In this document: positions 15,349 to 24,371 of the stretch, one piece after another
How positions within the stretch are numbered: position 1 is the first letter of the stretch
Layout: each line of letters starts with the position of its first letter
Source: Candidatus Altimarinota bacterium
GTDB lineage: Bacteria > Patescibacteriota > Gracilibacteria > UBA1369
Length of the DNA: 32,000 bases
Assembly: GCA_041659405.1 (NCBI GenBank)
Contig: JBAZYK010000005.1
Coordinates: 74,283-106,282, forward strand
Direction: 5' to 3'
Translations under genes and position numbers: made by a program
The notes under the pieces: model-generated
The model's input: the letters and a program-made list of their open reading frames with translations, nothing else
Told to the model about the DNA's origin: nothing
The model's database searches: none

Positions 15349-16500
15349 ATGAATACTTTGATTCAAAATAAAGATATGCAAAAAACTGTTAAATTTGATC
15401 AGCATATAGTTTTAAACTACGGCTCACCTTTGCCAGCAACAGATAGACTTAAAGGTAATTTCCCTGTTTATGGTTCAAATGGCGTTGTCGGTCATCATGA
15501 TCAATTTTTAATTCAAGGACCAGGGATTATTGTTGGGAGAAAGGGAACTATTGGCGCCGTTGTTTGGTCTGAGTCTAGCTTTTGGCCAATTGATACGACT
15601 TATTATATTACTGCTGATGAATCTGTTGATTTACGATGGCTTTATTACAAGTTACAAACTTTAGGATTACAAAAAATGAATATGGCTGGTGGAGTGCCTG
15701 GTTTAAATAGAAATGAAGTTTATAATTTGAAAATTTCTATTCCTTCAAGACAAGTTCAGCAGAAAATTGCAGAAATTTTGTCAAAAGTTGATGAAGAGAT
15801 CGAAAAGGTCGATCATGCCATAGAAAAAACGGAACAGCTCAAAAATGGCCTGATGCAGGATTTGCTGACGAAAGGCATAGGACACAGCAAATTCAAGAAA
15901 ACTGAGCTGGGGGAGATCCCGGAGGAATGGAAAGTTGTAAAATTAAGAGAAAAAACCGTAGGCATTCAATATGGCTTTACTGAGAGCTCTTCAAATCAAA
16001 ATATTGGACCAAAGTTTTTACGCATTACAGACATTGTTGATGGAAACGTTAATTGGGATTCGGTGCCTTATTGTGAGTGCCCAGAAGAACAAATTAATAA
16101 ATATTTATTAAAAAATGAAGATATTGTATTTGCAAGAACAGGCGCGACTACAGGCAAAAGTTTTTACGTCCAAAATCCACTATTTGCAGTTTTTGCGTCT
16201 TATCTTATTAGGGTTATCTTAGACCAAAAGACAGGTTTTGTTTCAAAATTTGTATATTATTTTTTCCAAAGCGACAAATATTGGAAACAAATTAAATCAT
16301 CCATATCTGGAAGCGCACAAGGAGGGTTTAATGCTTCAAAATTGGGTGATTTAAAACTGCCCTTTCCTCCACTTTCTGAACAGTTACAAATATCATCTAT
16401 TTTATCTTCTATCGATGATAGAATGGCTATAAGCAAAAAAGTTAAATCAAAACTTGGACAGCTTAAGGAAGGGTTAATGCAAAATCTTTTTAATAACTAA
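15349..16500 (+). CDS. hsdS: Type I restriction-modification specificity subunit HsdS (two target-recognition domains)
   Basis: TRD1 contains PVYGSNGVVGHHD. The central conserved helix is IPSRQVQQKIAEILSKVDEEIEKVDHAIEKTEQLKNGLMQDLLTKG. TRD2 contains FARTGATTGKSF. The distal conserved helix is LPFPPLSEQLQISSILSSIDDRMAISKKVKSKLGQLKEGLMQNLF. Confidence 0.92.
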   Translation: MNTLIQNKDMQKTVKFDQHIVLNYGSPLPATDRLKGNFPVYGSNGVVGHHDQFLIQGPGIIVGRKGTIGAVVWSESSFWPIDTTYYITADESVDLRWLYYKLQTLGLQKMNMAGGVPGLNRNEVYNLKISIPSRQVQQKIAEILSKVDEEIEKVDHAIEKTEQLKNGLMQDLLTKGIGHSKFKKTELGEIPEEWKVVKLREKTVGIQYGFTESSSNQNIGPKFLRITDIVDGNVNWDSVPYCECPEEQINKYLLKNEDIVFARTGATTGKSFYVQNPLFAVFASYLIRVILDQKTGFVSKFVYYFFQSDKYWKQIKSSISGSAQGGFNASKLGDLKLPFPPLSEQLQISSILSSIDDRMAISKKVKSKLGQLKEGLMQNLFNN

Positions 16501-16506
16501 TGTTAA

Positions 16507-17211
16507 ATGAATTTGATGACTAAAATTAAATTGCCTTATATAGCTGCCCTTTTCGCATTAATAAGCTTTTTATTTGCTTTGGGTATTTCATATAATAATA
16601 TTTTTCAAAATTCCAGTTGGTTTAACACACTCATAAATCCAATTTCTGCAGGAGATAAAAGCTCTATTACTCAAACCTCTTGGACTATTGCGGGATTTTT
16701 CCTTGCGGCTTTTGGATTAAGTGAATTGATAGAAAAGTTAAATCGAAAAATCGCTCCAGGATTCCTGATGGATAGATCTGAGAAAATACTTATAACGTTA
16801 AAATTGCCACCTGCCGTTTTTGATATCAGTTTTAGTGTTGTTAACCGGGGAAATAAATCGTTAAAGCCTGAGGATCATGTCTATTTCCAGTTGTTGATTC
16901 CTTCTGAAATATTTAAGGAGGTACTTTATATTAAATACAATGGTGAAGGTAATTTAATTGGACCACTAAAGAGAGAAAATTCCGTAAAAAATGGATATGT
17001 GACTATTGGTGGCATCATCAATGATGCCATTCACCCTAAAAGATGTATTGAGCAATTTAAGATTAAAATGTCTTTTTCTAAAATCGGGAAATATAAAATA
17101 TTATATTTTTTTAATACAGAGAATGGTTTTTATCCCAAAAAGTATAATGAAATAAATTTAACAGGTTTAGAGGAATTAGAAATAGATGTTGAAAATCAAC
17201 TTACTGATTAA
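16507..17211 (+). CDS. Hypothetical membrane protein (two predicted TM helices plus about 140-aa soluble domain)
   Basis: 234-codon ORF that starts 6 nt after hsdS and ends 8 nt before hsdR. The hydrophobic segments are LPYIAALFALISFLFALGISY and WTIAGFFLAAFGLSELI. I recognise no other motif. It is very AT-rich: 14 G+C in a hand-counted 60-nt sample at 16561-16620. Confidence 0.65.
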   Translation: MNLMTKIKLPYIAALFALISFLFALGISYNNIFQNSSWFNTLINPISAGDKSSITQTSWTIAGFFLAAFGLSELIEKLNRKIAPGFLMDRSEKILITLKLPPAVFDISFSVVNRGNKSLKPEDHVYFQLLIPSEIFKEVLYIKYNGEGNLIGPLKRENSVKNGYVTIGGIINDAIHPKRCIEQFKIKMSFSKIGKYKILYFFNTENGFYPKKYNEINLTGLEELEIDVENQLTD

Positions 17212-17219
17212 ATCTCCTT

Positions 17220-20138
17220 ATGCGCTTCAACGAACAATACACTGTCGAAAATTTTATTCTGGATTTCTTTCAGAAGCCTTTGGGTTATGAATATATTCCG
17301 CCGCAGAAGTTTGCCGCTTTTAGGCAGTTTGAAAATGAGTATGTTATTACTCCCCTTTTGCTTGATGCTGTTAAGAAAATCAATAAAATACATGATGATA
17401 CTGAAGCGCAAAATGTTGTCCGTGAGATTAAAAAGATTGATACAAATGAAGGTTTTTTGAATTTGATGCGGAATGGAATTAACCTGAAAGATCCCGCGCA
17501 GGCAGGTCGCATGCGCGATTATTTTGTGGTCGATTTTGAGAATCTAAAAAATAATCATTTTGTGGTTACAAATCAGTTTTATTTTGAGGGAAATGCGGAA
17601 AATATTCGTCCGGATATTTTGGTGTTTTTGAATGGCTTGCCGATTGCCGATATAGAGGCTAAAAGCCCTACTGCTGCCAATAATGTTAATTATGAAAAGG
17701 CCATTGATCAGCTGAAACGTTACGAGAAAAATGCCTGGAAACTTTTTTTGCCGAACTGTTTTAATGTTGCTACAGATGGCCTTAAAACTGTTTATGGTGC
17801 TACATATAGCCCTAAACAGCACTTTTTACAGTGGCGCGATGATGTATTAGCTCAGTTTTTTGGTGGTGAATTGGAAATGACTTTGGGGGCTCTATTCCAT
17901 AAAGAAAAACTGCTGGATATAATCAAGAATTTTATTCTGTTTGAAAAGGAAAAAGAGCGAACCACCAAAAAGATCTGTCGTTATCAACAATATCGGGCAA
18001 CCAACCTGATTGTGGATCGCGTAAAAGGCGCCGAAAAGAAGCGTGGGCTTATTTGGCACACCCAGGGCAGCGGCAAGAGCATTACGATGTTTTATACAGC
18101 CTGGAAGCTGCGTTTTGATCAACAACTAAAGAATCCAAAGATTTTTGTTTTGGTGGATCGCATTGATCTTGATGATCAGATTTATCAAACATTTACAAAC
18201 TGTGGAGGGGAAAACGTGGTGCGGGTGACTTCACGCAAGGATTTGGAAAGCAAAATTCGCTCACCGGAACGTGGTATTTTCATTTCAACAATTCAAAAAT
18301 TCAGCGAGCTTGAAGACGAAATTAAAAGTCTGGACCACAATACAATTGTCCTTTGCGATGAAGCCCATCGTGATAATGAAGGCGTTGCCGCAATTAACCT
18401 GCGTTCGGCGCTACAGAATGCTTTCTTTTTTGGGTTTACCGGAACTCCAATTGACAAAAAAACTCTCAATACTCATCGCAATTTTGGTGAAGAGGGCGAG
18501 CGTTATTTGGACTATTATTCCATTCAGCAAGCGATTGAAGATGGCACAACCCTGCCGGTAACTTTTGAAGCCCGTCTTTCCAAGTTTTTTATTGATGAAG
18601 AAAAAATTGATCAGCAGTTTGAAGAATTTGCCGCTGATTTAAGCGAAGAGCAAAAAACAAAACTTATTCAAAAATATGGCAAAAAAGCTTCATTGGTAAA
18701 GCTGGATAAGCGCATGGAAGCCATTGCGCAGGACATTGTTGAGCATTATAAGCTTTATGTGGAGCCAAATGGCTTTAAAGCGCAAATTGTTTGCGCAGAC
18801 CGTGAAGCCTGTGTGAAATATAAAAAACTTTTGGACAATTTGATTCCCGCAGATTGGTCGGCCATTATTTACTCTGCAGGCGATCCAAACAGTAGCAATG
18901 AAAGCGAAGAGGAGACAAAAAAATACAATACAACCAAGCCGGAAAGAGAAAGAATGATTGAAAATTTTAAAGATCGTGAAAATCCGTTACGATTTTTAAT
19001 TGTCTGCGACATGCTTTTGACTGGTTTTGATGCGCCAAATGAACAGGTAATGTATTTGGATAAGCCTTTGCGTGACCATAATTTGCTGCAGGCTATTGCG
19101 CGCACAAATCGGGTTTATCCTAATAAGGGTTGTGGGAAAATTATTGATTATTACGGAATCACCCGTAATTTGTATGCTGCGCTGGATTTTGATGAAAGCA
19201 TTGTCAGTTCAGCAATGTTGAATATTGATGAGTTTAAAAAGCGATTTACGGCTGTTTTAGACGAAGTTATGAAGCTATTTAATGGTTTCAACATTGAAGA
19301 TCCTTCTTTGGGGAATTTGCGCAGATGTTTGAAGGTTTTTGTTGATAATGCTGAACAGCAAAACTATTTCCGGACGTTATATACAGAATTAAAACAACTT
19401 TTTGAAATTTTATCTCCTGATCCTTTTTTGAAGGAGCATTTGCGTAAATTTGAATGGTTGACGAGTTTGTTTTTGGCTTTTACTAAAGAATTTGGAGAAC
19501 AAAATGGTGGCCATGAATTGGCGGAATATGGTGAGAAAATGAAGACTTTAATCCAGGAAAATGTTGATTATGAAGGCATTACCAAGAATTTCAGGGAAAT
19601 GCGCATTCATGACATGATGACTTTGCAAAAATTGGAAAAAATGGATGATGAGGAAAAATCTTTGTGCCTTGAAAAAATGTTAGCTCATGAAGTTAGAACA
19701 AATCTTGATTCAGCACCAATTTTTAAGACTTTCAGCGAGCGTCTGCGGACAATCAGGGAAGAATTTGAGAAAAATCAGATTGATTTAGCCGAACGAATCA
19801 AAAAATATTATGATTTGTTGAAGGATATTCAAAAAGCCGAAAAACGCGGGGAAGAGCTTGGCCTTGATCTGCGTGAATATGGTTTATTTGCGATTTCTGA
19901 GGAGTTTATTAAAATTGATCAATCCTTGCTTATCGCGTTTATAAAAGAAATGGCTAAGCGCTTATCTGAATTGTTAGACAAAAACTGGCAGGAATCTTCA
20001 AAAAAAGAAGAGTTTATTAAAGAAATTAAACGAATAATCCAGGAAATGGTTCTTAAAGAATATAAAGACCAGATTATTGTCCAGGATTTTCAAAAATATC
20101 TAAATCGTTTGATTGATGTGATCGTGAAAAAGTTCTAG
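17220..20138 (+). CDS. hsdR: Type I restriction enzyme R subunit HsdR (nuclease plus SF2 translocase)
   Basis: The PD-(D/E)xK-like nuclease motif is PDILVFLNGLPIADIEAKS. The helicase motifs are HTQGSGKSITM (I), LCDEAHR (II), FGFTGTP (III) and QAIARTNR (VI). A long helical C-terminal domain follows. Confidence 0.95.
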   Translation: MRFNEQYTVENFILDFFQKPLGYEYIPPQKFAAFRQFENEYVITPLLLDAVKKINKIHDDTEAQNVVREIKKIDTNEGFLNLMRNGINLKDPAQAGRMRDYFVVDFENLKNNHFVVTNQFYFEGNAENIRPDILVFLNGLPIADIEAKSPTAANNVNYEKAIDQLKRYEKNAWKLFLPNCFNVATDGLKTVYGATYSPKQHFLQWRDDVLAQFFGGELEMTLGALFHKEKLLDIIKNFILFEKEKERTTKKICRYQQYRATNLIVDRVKGAEKKRGLIWHTQGSGKSITMFYTAWKLRFDQQLKNPKIFVLVDRIDLDDQIYQTFTNCGGENVVRVTSRKDLESKIRSPERGIFISTIQKFSELEDEIKSLDHNTIVLCDEAHRDNEGVAAINLRSALQNAFFFGFTGTPIDKKTLNTHRNFGEEGERYLDYYSIQQAIEDGTTLPVTFEARLSKFFIDEEKIDQQFEEFAADLSEEQKTKLIQKYGKKASLVKLDKRMEAIAQDIVEHYKLYVEPNGFKAQIVCADREACVKYKKLLDNLIPADWSAIIYSAGDPNSSNESEEETKKYNTTKPERERMIENFKDRENPLRFLIVCDMLLTGFDAPNEQVMYLDKPLRDHNLLQAIARTNRVYPNKGCGKIIDYYGITRNLYAALDFDESIVSSAMLNIDEFKKRFTAVLDEVMKLFNGFNIEDPSLGNLRRCLKVFVDNAEQQNYFRTLYTELKQLFEILSPDPFLKEHLRKFEWLTSLFLAFTKEFGEQNGGHELAEYGEKMKTLIQENVDYEGITKNFREMRIHDMMTLQKLEKMDDEEKSLCLEKMLAHEVRTNLDSAPIFKTFSERLRTIREEFEKNQIDLAERIKKYYDLLKDIQKAEKRGEELGLDLREYGLFAISEEFIKIDQSLLIAFIKEMAKRLSELLDKNWQESSKKEEFIKEIKRIIQEMVLKEYKDQIIVQDFQKYLNRLIDVIVKKF

Positions 20139-20166
20139 ATTTTGAGTTTATTTGTTTCTTCGCAAA

Positions 20167-21075
20167 CTATTCAAGAATCTTTCTGACCGTCTTTAGATCA
20201 TCCAAATGCGTTTTGCCGTCTTTTTCCGGGGTTTCTAAAATGAGCGGGGTCTGATGTTTATGCGCATATTTGGCGATGGTTGCAAGGCCTTCCAGCCCCA
20301 TCATTCCATTGCCGATCATGCCGTCACCAATATTTTCGTGGCGATCCGTTTTGCTGCCACATTCTTTTTTGGCGTCGTTAAAATGAAAACACGAAACGGT
20401 TTTTAGGCCGATCGCCTCATCATAATCATGCAAAAACTTTTCGGCATTCGGTTGATCGCTAATATCATACCCTGCGCCCCAAACATGCGCTGTATCAATG
20501 CAGGAACGAATGCGCGGATTAAAGCCGTGCAAGCCTTTCCAGACCTGTGCAAGCTCTTCCAGTTTGTAGCCAATTTCACTTCCCTGTCCGGCGGTATTTT
20601 CTAAAATATATTCAAGACCGTTTGGTGCTGCGGAATTTTCAACTCCATCATAACCTGTGTGCGTTAATTTTTGAGTCTGATCAACAATATATTTGGCATT
20701 ATCGATCACGTTTTGAATGGCCTCAGGACGATCATTATCCAAAGATTTACCAATATGCACAATCACGCCTTTGCCGCCAAGCATGTGCAGCCTTTGGAAA
20801 TCAGTTAAAATATTTTGCTTCATCCAGGGTAAACTTTTTACGGATTTGGCAAAATTTAAAAGATATGCACTATGCGCGATCACATATTGAATTTTGTACT
20901 GCGCACACAACGCTTTAAAACTTTCGGCATCAGCAGGATCAATCGGCTTAACAATTCCTCCCCGGGGAGACTTGGTAAAAAGCTGCATGGCATTTGCCCC
21001 GAATTCTTGGCCGGTTTTGGCTGCAGCTTGGGCGAATCCGCCGGCGATGGACATGTGGGAACCTAAGATGAGCAT
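20167..21075 (-). CDS. nfo: Endonuclease IV (AP endonuclease family 2)
   Basis: Recognised segments are LGSHMSIAGGFAQAA, NAMQLFTKSPRG, IAHSAYLLN, VIVHIG, LENTAGQGSEIG, IDTAHVWGAGYD, FHFNDAK and ILETP. There is an apparent short insert (THTGYDGVENSAAPNG). Confidence 0.9.
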   Translation of the reverse strand: MLILGSHMSIAGGFAQAAAKTGQEFGANAMQLFTKSPRGGIVKPIDPADAESFKALCAQYKIQYVIAHSAYLLNFAKSVKSLPWMKQNILTDFQRLHMLGGKGVIVHIGKSLDNDRPEAIQNVIDNAKYIVDQTQKLTHTGYDGVENSAAPNGLEYILENTAGQGSEIGYKLEELAQVWKGLHGFNPRIRSCIDTAHVWGAGYDISDQPNAEKFLHDYDEAIGLKTVSCFHFNDAKKECGSKTDRHENIGDGMIGNGMMGLEGLATIAKYAHKHQTPLILETPEKDGKTHLDDLKTVRKILE

Positions 21076-21195
21076 GGTAAATTTTTAATTTGCAGGTGAG
21101 AAAATTGAGTGCGGGCCCTTAGTTTAGCGGCGAAGCTATTGACTCTTAACAAAAGATGTGTTTTAATTACACCCTTAATTTTAATCAAATATACC

Positions 21196-21420
21196 ATGGG
21201 AAAGTCACCTGAACAAAATGATGAATTAACAGCTGAAGTAGTCCAACCCGGCAATGGAAAACGCAAATTATCAGGAGCCGAATATAAAATTTTTCTTGGT
21301 GGAGCAGGCATTACGGATGCAGCTGCAGCAATTAGAGAGCTTGGTTTAAATGTTTGCTCTCCAATAAGTGAAGGTGATGAATGTGATGATGATGCTGACG
21401 CTTTTAGAGCCTGCGCTTAA
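21196..21420 (+). CDS. Small hypothetical protein (74 aa), acidic Cys-containing C-terminus
   Basis: The ATG at 21196 is preferred over the GTG at 21109 in the ORF track. The product is MGKSPEQNDELTAEVVQPGNGKRKLSGAEYKIFLGGAGITDAAAAIRELGLNVCSPISEGDECDDDADAFRACA. I recognise no homology, and it is only moderately likely to be coding. Confidence 0.4.
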   Translation: MGKSPEQNDELTAEVVQPGNGKRKLSGAEYKIFLGGAGITDAAAAIRELGLNVCSPISEGDECDDDADAFRACA

Positions 21421-21437
21421 TTTTATTTCGATTTTAA

Positions 21438-21875
21438 ATGGGAGCTGAAGAAGAATCGTACGATCGTACAATTTTAGATCATGTCCTAAAAGGAATGCTT
21501 AATTCACGTGGGGCTGATCTTCGCTTAAGAAAATCTGTTCAGAGCACAGCAACACTTTTTGCCGCAACGAATGCGCAGGAACTTTTCCGTAATCTTTTAC
21601 AATTAACAGAAGCTGAGGCGGGGCAAAACAAAGATACAATGCCACTTGTATGTGAAGGAAATCGATTGTGTGTTATGACATTAGAATCGGGAACTTGGAC
21701 TTGGAAGCTTGTTCCAGCAGGCATAGGAACATTGTTCAACATGCGGCAGAAAATTTTAGCAAAAGCGTCAACTGGAATCGCTTTGGAAGGAGCAAATCCC
21801 GATTTTTACAAAGCAATGGATGATGCTCTTAAGAGTGTGGCAAATTTAAGAATAAACGCTTTAAATTTAAAATAA
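21438..21875 (+). CDS. Hypothetical protein (145 aa)
   Basis: The ORF runs from ATG to TAA and begins 17 nt after the preceding small ORF. No recognisable motif is present. Confidence 0.55.
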   Translation: MGAEEESYDRTILDHVLKGMLNSRGADLRLRKSVQSTATLFAATNAQELFRNLLQLTEAEAGQNKDTMPLVCEGNRLCVMTLESGTWTWKLVPAGIGTLFNMRQKILAKASTGIALEGANPDFYKAMDDALKSVANLRINALNLK

Positions 21876-21991
21876 AGGCCCCTTGGAACCACTCCATGGA
21901 TAACAAAAAAATAGGAATTGCAAAAAAGATTCAATTTACGTTGATGAGTTTTTAAGTTACAATCAAGCCATCTTTTTTGTGTTTCTTTTTA

Positions 21992-23083
21992 ATGAAAGTT
22001 GCTTTAGTCCACGATTTTTTGGTGAAGATGGGCGGTGCGGAAAGAGTGCTGAAAGTTTTTGCTGATCTTTATCCGGACGCGCCGATTTTTACGCTTCTGT
22101 ATGATGAAAAAGTCTGTGGCAAAACTTTTCCGGCTGCACGTGTAAGGCCTTCTTTTTTGCAGAAAGCTCCGGAATTTTTGCGCAAACGGCAGAAGTTTCT
22201 TTTTCCTTTAATGCCGCGCGCGATTGAGTCTTTTGATTTGAGTGATTACGATCTAGTTTTGAGTTCCAGCAATGCTTATGCTCATGGAATTTTGACTTCT
22301 TCGCAGACAAAACATATCTGTTATTGCCATTCTCCAATGCGCTATGCTTGGGATTATTCCAATGAATATTTGCAGGAACAAAATCTGACCGGAGTGAAGA
22401 AGTTTTTGATTGAGCGATTGATGTTAAAGGTCCGAATGTGGGATCAGCTTGCTGCGGATCGGGCAGATAACTATATTGCAAATTCGCACCATGTTCGCAA
22501 GAGAATTAAAAAATATTATCGTCAGGAAGCTGATGTTTTGTATCCTCCGGTGGACACGCACAGGTTTAAGGCTACACCAAAACATAAGGATTTTTATTTG
22601 ATTGTTTCGGCGATTCAACCGTTTAAAAGAATTGATTTGGCGGTGCAACTTTTTAATAAAATTGGAAAATATTTGATCGTGATTGGAACCGGTTCGCATC
22701 TGGAATATTTGAAGAGTGTGTCCGAACACAACATCGTTTTTATGGGTTATCAGGATGATAAAACGGTGACGGAATACATGCAGAATTGCCGCGGTTTTAT
22801 TTTTCCGGGTGAGGAAGATTTTGGAATTGCGCCGGTGGAAGCCATGGCCTGCGGCAAGCCGGTTTTGGCTTATGGCAGAGGCGGAGCGCTGGAAACAGTT
22901 ATTCCCGGAGTAACCGGTGAACATTTTTATCAGCCAACAATTGAATCAATGGAAGACGGCCTGGGCCGCATGATTGTGAATGAACCTCTGTACAATGCCG
23001 ACAAAATCCGCAAACACGCCCTGCAATTTTCGCAACAGAAATTTGAAGAGCAATTGAAGGAACTGATCCTAAAGAAGGCTTAA
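21992..23083 (+). CDS. Glycosyltransferase family 4 (GT-B fold)
   Basis: MKVALVHDFLVKMGGAERVL is a typical N-terminus. The E-x7-E motif EEDFGIAPVEAMACGKPVLAYGRGGALETV is present. The ORF-track start at 21977 is a TTG. Confidence 0.9.
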   Translation: MKVALVHDFLVKMGGAERVLKVFADLYPDAPIFTLLYDEKVCGKTFPAARVRPSFLQKAPEFLRKRQKFLFPLMPRAIESFDLSDYDLVLSSSNAYAHGILTSSQTKHICYCHSPMRYAWDYSNEYLQEQNLTGVKKFLIERLMLKVRMWDQLAADRADNYIANSHHVRKRIKKYYRQEADVLYPPVDTHRFKATPKHKDFYLIVSAIQPFKRIDLAVQLFNKIGKYLIVIGTGSHLEYLKSVSEHNIVFMGYQDDKTVTEYMQNCRGFIFPGEEDFGIAPVEAMACGKPVLAYGRGGALETVIPGVTGEHFYQPTIESMEDGLGRMIVNEPLYNADKIRKHALQFSQQKFEEQLKELILKKA

Positions 23084-23092
23084 TAATGCGAT

Positions 23093-24235
23093 CTAAATAG
23101 GAATATTCCGGGCGATTTCTGCCCTTGCTTCTTCTTGAATAAGCTTCTGTTTTCCACGCCTTGAAATAGTTCTAAGTACCTCCATAGGGCCCAAACCTTC
23201 AGTTAATAATTCTTCTATAGTTTTTAAAAGAAGATCGTAATCAGACTTGAGTTGTGCAACTTCTGGACCTTGCTTGATTTTGTAAGAAACGCCCCAGATA
23301 TTATGTTTACAGAAAGCTTCAGCTCCTGGTTCTGGTAATGGGGTAAAATCTAAAACAGATTTTTTATCAAAACCCAATAACAAACCAACTGCGTTTGTAA
23401 TTTCTTTTTTGTGCTGATTTGTATTCAATGAATTATTCAAACCGAGAGTTAACTTTATAATTTCTTCTGCTTGCATGGAGCTATTGATCCCTATGGCTTC
23501 AAAAATGTCTGGATTATCCTTTACTACTTTTTCTACAGCATTAGAATTAAAAATTATTCTTTCCCTGTCGATATCAGGAAATTCATCATAATTATACGGA
23601 ACTGCCTTAAAATCCGGGATTTCACTTTGTAATTGATTAAGTAAATTTTGGATACCTTCATTTATTTCAATAACTGTAGCCGGCTTTAAACCATCCAAAA
23701 CAGGTACAATAAATTCGTAATCACCTGTTAATGCATTCGCTGCTTCGTGTTCAATTGGTCTTTCATTTTCTGGATCTCTGAAATAAGTTACCAAGGCTCC
23801 ACGGATTTTGGCACTTCTCTTCTGTATGCCAGTATTACGAATTACAGGATATTCCGCTTTTGGCATTATATGGATAATTGCTCCATCTGGTGTTGTAACT
23901 TCCATGCATTCTTCGATACCACTTTCGCTGGGCGAAATATTTTCAAATTTATAACCTTCCAGATATTTTCTACGCTCAATGAGATCCGGTCTACAATTAA
24001 TATAAAATGGATTTATAACTAAATCATAAAAATAGCGAAAACAATCGATATCAACTAAAATAATCGATTGGTCATTATCGGCTACTTCGATTGGGGAAAT
24101 AGTAGTACGACTACCTTCTTTCCCTAGCATTGTCCAATTGAATAAATTAACATCTTCGCCAAAATGTTCTTGTAAAATTCCAGCAAGCTTTTGAACGGCT
24201 TTTTGATTTTCAAGTAATTCCGGGGGTTGATTCAT
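23093..24235 (-). CDS. Hypothetical protein (380 aa), no recognised domain
   Basis: A long uninterrupted ORF convergent with the GT4 gene and divergent from dnaX. Its composition is typical of the window. I can identify no signal peptide, TM segment or catalytic motif. Confidence 0.75.
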   Translation of the reverse strand: MNQPPELLENQKAVQKLAGILQEHFGEDVNLFNWTMLGKEGSRTTISPIEVADNDQSIILVDIDCFRYFYDLVINPFYINCRPDLIERRKYLEGYKFENISPSESGIEECMEVTTPDGAIIHIMPKAEYPVIRNTGIQKRSAKIRGALVTYFRDPENERPIEHEAANALTGDYEFIVPVLDGLKPATVIEINEGIQNLLNQLQSEIPDFKAVPYNYDEFPDIDRERIIFNSNAVEKVVKDNPDIFEAIGINSSMQAEEIIKLTLGLNNSLNTNQHKKEITNAVGLLLGFDKKSVLDFTPLPEPGAEAFCKHNIWGVSYKIKQGPEVAQLKSDYDLLLKTIEELLTEGLGPMEVLRTISRRGKQKLIQEEARAEIARNIPI

Positions 24236-24371
24236 GATGATTTTATTAATTCTTTTTATTATATCATGAAATTCAAGTTTACGCTGGAGGATTGCTTTGC
24301 TACAATTGGGGCCCGAGCATTTTAAAAGTGCTTCCGGGCTTTCATTGGCTTATTATCAACAAATCTTTATC

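Noticed and set aside
21111-21180. A possible tRNA gene (GCGGGCCCTTAGTTTAGCGG... with a GTGT-TTTAATT-ACAC arm).
   Set aside because: No acceptor-stem complement is present, the D-stem does not pair, and the anticodon stem has only 3 bp. At best it is a decayed fragment, so it is reported only as a hint in the findings.
24236-24371. An SRP (4.5S/ffs) RNA, which often lies immediately upstream of dnaX.
   Set aside because: The conserved domain IV features (GGAA-type tetraloop flanked by symmetric and asymmetric loops, AGCAG/GGAAG-like strings) are not present. The region holds only a short imperfect hairpin.
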